Origin: Nitrospinaceae bacterium
GTDB lineage: Bacteria; Nitrospinota; Nitrospinia; Nitrospinales; VA-1
Reading direction: 5' to 3'
Assembly (NCBI GenBank): GCA_020343535.1
Contig: CP070799.1
Location: 1,867,774-1,929,844 of the forward strand
DNA length: 62,071 nucleotides
The position numbers and the translations under genes are program-made. The stretch's first letter is position 1. Every line of letters starts with the position of its first letter. The notes under the pieces were generated by a model, which was given only the letters and a program-made list of their open reading frames with translations, was not told where the DNA came from and did not search any database. Positions 59,045 through 62,071 of the stretch are shown here, piece by piece.

Positions 59045-59273
59045 AAAAGGGTTCCCTTCGATTTGCGGCGGAGGTTTCATCGTTACCGGTGGGCCTTCCC
59101 TCGGCGGTGGGCCGGGCCGCGGGGTTTCGCTTGGGGTTGTGTTTATCGCCCTTATAGGCTCTTTGAATGCGCGGCTGCCCAAGCCGCCGCCGTACGGTCG
59201 GAGGGCATTAAAAAAAATTAATGTGGATTTAATGTTTTTTTTAATTGCTTCGTTGTACCATTCTTGTGACCGC

Positions 59274-59287
59274 CGGGGCATGCCCCG
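59274..59287. promoter_or_regulatory. 14-bp perfect palindrome upstream of htrA (possible operator)
   Basis: cggggcatgccccg, 52 nt upstream of the htrA ATG. Confidence 0.3.
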
Positions 59288-59338
59288 TTCCGGTGCAGGA
59301 TCCCATTATTTTCCCCAGTAGCTGAGTGAGGACCCTTC

Positions 59339-60799
59339 ATGACAGATAATCATTCCAAGACGAGGGCGGCCGGTCGCCCGTTTTTTTCCGCGGCGGCGGG
59401 CCTGCTGTTGACCGCGGCTGTCGCCATGCTGGCTGCGGCGCCGGCGTTTGCCCTGAGCAGCGACTCTCAACCCCTTACCAGCAATATCTTCGTCGATATC
59501 GCGAAAAAGCAGAATCCCGCGGTGGTGAACGTGAGCACCAAGACCGCCCAACGCGACCCCATGAGCCAGTTGCGTCCCCCGAGAAACGGCCAGCCGGATC
59601 CGTTCCGCGACTTCTACGATCGTTTTTTTGGCGACCGGGACAACAACCAGCCCCGGCGGGGGATGGGCTCGGGCTTCATCATCGATAAAGAGGGGCACAT
59701 CCTGACCAATTACCATGTCATCGAGGGGGCCGACGAGATCGTCGTCCTGCTCGAAGATGGCAAGGAATACTCCGCCACCCTGGTGGGCGCCGATTCGAAA
59801 ACCGACATCGCTCTCATTAAGATCGATAACGGTGATGTCGCCAAGCAGGATTTCCCGTACCTCAAAATGGGAGATTCGGGCCGCCTGGAAGTCGGCGAAT
59901 GGGTGATGGCCATTGGCAACCCCTTCGGGCTCAGCCATACGGTCACCGTCGGGGTGGTCAGCGCACTGGGGCGGAGCATTGGCGCCGGCCCCTATGACGA
60001 ATTCATCCAGACCGATGCCTCCATCAACCCCGGCAACAGCGGTGGTCCGCTCATCAACATCAAGGGCGAGGTGATCGGCATGAACACCGCCATCATCTCC
60101 GGCAACAGCGGCGGCAACGTCGGCATTGGTTTCGCGATCCCCATCAATATCGCCAAGGGCATCCTGAGCGACCTCAAGGAAAAAGGCGAGGTGACGCGCG
60201 GTTGGCTGGGAGTGATGATCCAGAAAATCACTCCCGACCTCGCCAAGTCCTTTGGGCTGAAGGACAGCGACGGCGCCCTGGTCGGCGATGTGATCCCCGA
60301 CGGCCCGGCGGACAAGGCGGGCATCAAACGCGGGGATGTGATCGTGCGCTTTGACGGCCAGCCGATCAAGGAAATGGAAAACCTTCCGAAAATCGTCGCG
60401 GCGACCCCTCCCGATAAGACAGTGGACGTGGTGGTGATGCGCAACGGCAAGAAGAAGACCCTCAAAGTGGAAATCGCCGTTCTCAAGGATGGCGAGCGGC
60501 AGCAGGTGGCGAAGGCCGACCCGCTGGGGCTCAAGGTGCAGGACATCACGCCGGAAATTGCCCAAAGCCTGAAGTTGGAAGACCGGGATGGCGTGCTGGT
60601 GGCCGATGTGACAGCGGGCGAGCCGGCCGCGGAGTCGGGCATCCGTCGTGGCGACATCATCGCTGAAATCAACCGCAATCCGGTAAAGAACCTGGAGGAT
60701 TATGACAGCCTCACCGCCAACCTCGAAGCGGGCAGCTCCGTGCTGTTCCTGATCAAGCGCGGCGGCACGACGATCTACATCGCCGTGAAGGTAAAATGA
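59339..60799 (+). CDS. htrA: Do/DegP/HtrA family periplasmic serine endoprotease with two PDZ domains
   Basis: Signal peptide ending APAFA. Trypsin-like domain with TNYHVIEGA, DIALIKI and GNSGGPLIN, then two PDZ-like segments. Confidence 0.9.
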   Translation: MTDNHSKTRAAGRPFFSAAAGLLLTAAVAMLAAAPAFALSSDSQPLTSNIFVDIAKKQNPAVVNVSTKTAQRDPMSQLRPPRNGQPDPFRDFYDRFFGDRDNNQPRRGMGSGFIIDKEGHILTNYHVIEGADEIVVLLEDGKEYSATLVGADSKTDIALIKIDNGDVAKQDFPYLKMGDSGRLEVGEWVMAIGNPFGLSHTVTVGVVSALGRSIGAGPYDEFIQTDASINPGNSGGPLINIKGEVIGMNTAIISGNSGGNVGIGFAIPINIAKGILSDLKEKGEVTRGWLGVMIQKITPDLAKSFGLKDSDGALVGDVIPDGPADKAGIKRGDVIVRFDGQPIKEMENLPKIVAATPPDKTVDVVVMRNGKKKTLKVEIAVLKDGERQQVAKADPLGLKVQDITPEIAQSLKLEDRDGVLVADVTAGEPAAESGIRRGDIIAEINRNPVKNLEDYDSLTANLEAGSSVLFLIKRGGTTIYIAVKVK

Positions 60800-60839
60800 A
60801 AACCGTCTTCGCGGTTCATCCCATCCTGAAGTGAAAACA

Positions 60840-60863
60840 GGCCGCCCCCTTCGGGGGGCGGCC
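60840..60863 (+). terminator. intercistronic GC hairpin between the two HtrA genes (attenuator or processing site rather than a full terminator)
   Basis: 10-bp stem ggccgccccc / gggggcggcc with a ttcg loop. Only two T residues follow, and the next ATG is 10 nt downstream. Confidence 0.4.
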
Positions 60864-60872
60864 TTCGTGCCT

Positions 60873-62071
60873 ATGCCCCGCCTATTCCGCCAAACCATCG
60901 CACTTTTTCTGTTGCTTGCCGGTCTGGTGCCGTCCGTGCCTGTCGCCGCAGCCGGCGACGCCGCCAACCGCAGGACCCCTCTGGTCCGCGCGGTGGAGCG
61001 GGCCGGCCCCGCGGTCGTCAATATCTTCACCACCGAGGCGGCCCGGAAGAGGCAAAACCCGTTCGGCGGCCTGGGCGATGATTTTTTTGAACGGTTTTTC
61101 CAAGATTTTTTTCCTCCCACGACTTCCCAGCGCCGCAGCCTCGGGTCCGGCGTCATCATCAATCCGGAAGGTTACGTCCTCACCAATGAGCATGTCGTCC
61201 GCAAGGCGACCAGCATCAAGGTCACCCTGATCGGCAAGCGGGAATTCGACGGGCACCTCGTGGGGGCGGACATCAAGTCCGACCTCGCGATCATCAAGAT
61301 CGAATCGAAGCAGCCGCTGCCTTACATCGAGATGGGCCGGTCCGACGATCTGATGATCGGTGAAACCGTGCTGGCCATCGGCAACCCATTTGGCTTGCAG
61401 CATACCGTCACCACCGGAATTATCAGCGCCCTCAATCGTTCCATTCGCGGCGGCAGGGAGCAGGTCTATCAGGATTTCATTCAGGTCGACGCATCGATCA
61501 ACCCCGGCAACAGCGGCGGCCCGTTGCTCAACATCAACGGATCGCTGATCGGCATCAACACCGCTATTTACCAGAAGGCCGAGGGCATCGGTTTCGCCAT
61601 TCCCATCGATGCCGCCAAGCGCATCGTCAACGATCTCATCAGCTATGGCAAGGTGCGGCGCGGCTGGACCGGCCTGTCGGTGCAGGACATGAGCCCGGAT
61701 CTCAGGGAGCATTTCAAGGTTAGCCAGCCCACCGGCGTGCTGGTGATCAAGGTCGTCCCCGGCAGCCCGGCGGCCCGCGCGGGTATTCAGCGCGGCGACG
61801 TTCTGCTCGGCATGGACAAGCACGATATCGAAAACCGCAGCCAGTTTCGCCAGCGCCTGTCGACGTATTCGGTGGGCAACGCGATTTCTTTCACCGTGTC
61901 ACGCGATGGCAGGGAAAGCGTCCGGCGCGTAAAAGTAAGCGCGCTGACGCGGACAGAGGCGGCCCGGTTCGCCCGCGACTGGCTGGGCCTCGGCGTCACC
62001 GGCATTACCCGCACGCTGATCGAGAAGCACCGGCTACACACCCGCAAGGGGGTGATGGTGTCCGAGGTGGT
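60873..62071 (+). CDS. second HtrA/DegS-like S1C serine protease with PDZ domain; 3' end outside the window
   Basis: Absent from the ORF track because no stop is reached. The frame is open from ATG 60873 to the window end: MPRLFRQTIALFLLLAG..., TNEHVV, DLAIIKI, GNSGGPLLN, PDZ-like GVLVIKVVPGSPAARAGIQRGDVLL. The listed minus-strand ORF 60882..61823 is its shadow. Confidence 0.85.
   Translation, partial: MPRLFRQTIALFLLLAGLVPSVPVAAAGDAANRRTPLVRAVERAGPAVVNIFTTEAARKRQNPFGGLGDDFFERFFQDFFPPTTSQRRSLGSGVIINPEGYVLTNEHVVRKATSIKVTLIGKREFDGHLVGADIKSDLAIIKIESKQPLPYIEMGRSDDLMIGETVLAIGNPFGLQHTVTTGIISALNRSIRGGREQVYQDFIQVDASINPGNSGGPLLNINGSLIGINTAIYQKAEGIGFAIPIDAAKRIVNDLISYGKVRRGWTGLSVQDMSPDLREHFKVSQPTGVLVIKVVPGSPAARAGIQRGDVLLGMDKHDIENRSQFRQRLSTYSVGNAISFTVSRDGRESVRRVKVSALTRTEAARFARDWLGLGVTGITRTLIEKHRLHTRKGVMVSEV

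Noticed and set aside
59306-61162. 618-aa minus-strand ORF, together with the 313-aa ORF at 60882..61823, opposite the HtrA genes
   Set aside because: Their translations are Arg/Ala/Gly/His/Asp-rich low-complexity sequence with no motifs. The plus strand encodes two proteases with complete catalytic and PDZ signatures. These are typical antisense shadow ORFs of GC-rich coding DNA.

Overview
The window has two compositionally distinct parts. Bases 1 to about 11,634 are visibly AT-rich. They look like the right-hand part of an integrative island. The cargo encodes periplasmic and envelope proteins: the 3' end of an arylsulfatase, an octaheme cytochrome c fused to HEAT/TPR repeats, a DUF4105-like membrane protein, a small antisense ORF and three predicted lipoproteins (one alpha/beta-hydrolase-like, one DUF4136-like). 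A small phage-like regulatory module follows (CI/S24-type repressor, two small ORFs, XRE regulator). The island ends with a tyrosine integrase whose stop lies 68 nt from the 3' end of tRNA-Glu(CUC). From that tRNA to the window end (11,635-62,071) the DNA is GC-rich chromosomal backbone, mostly housekeeping and envelope genes. These include tRNA-Glu/membrane ORF/tRNA-Gln, rsmD, mnmA, an IMPase, rlpA-greA-trmB, a fused 5-oxoprolinase, rph, bactofilin, pyrD, alr, a cation-transport cluster (two CPA antiporters, corA, mgtE), TatT/DctP TRAP components, an acyl-CoA ligase, an Hda-like protein and two tandem HtrA proteases (the second runs off the window). I saw no rRNA, CRISPR array, transposase or reverse transcriptase. 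The three items most worth a second look are listed here. (i) One 733-codon ORF fuses a phospho-receiver, a degenerate NtrC-type AAA+ module and a Fis HTH to a complete, apparently catalytically intact LpxC. (ii) A tightly coupled three-gene operon encodes an ATP-grasp ligase fused to an M20 domain that appears to have lost its metal ligands, a signal-peptide-less gamma-glutamyltransferase and an N-formylglutamate-amidohydrolase-family protein. (iii) The AT-rich tRNA-Glu island carries its lipoprotein and multiheme-cytochrome cargo. All family assignments come from motif recognition by eye and from memory; no database search was run.
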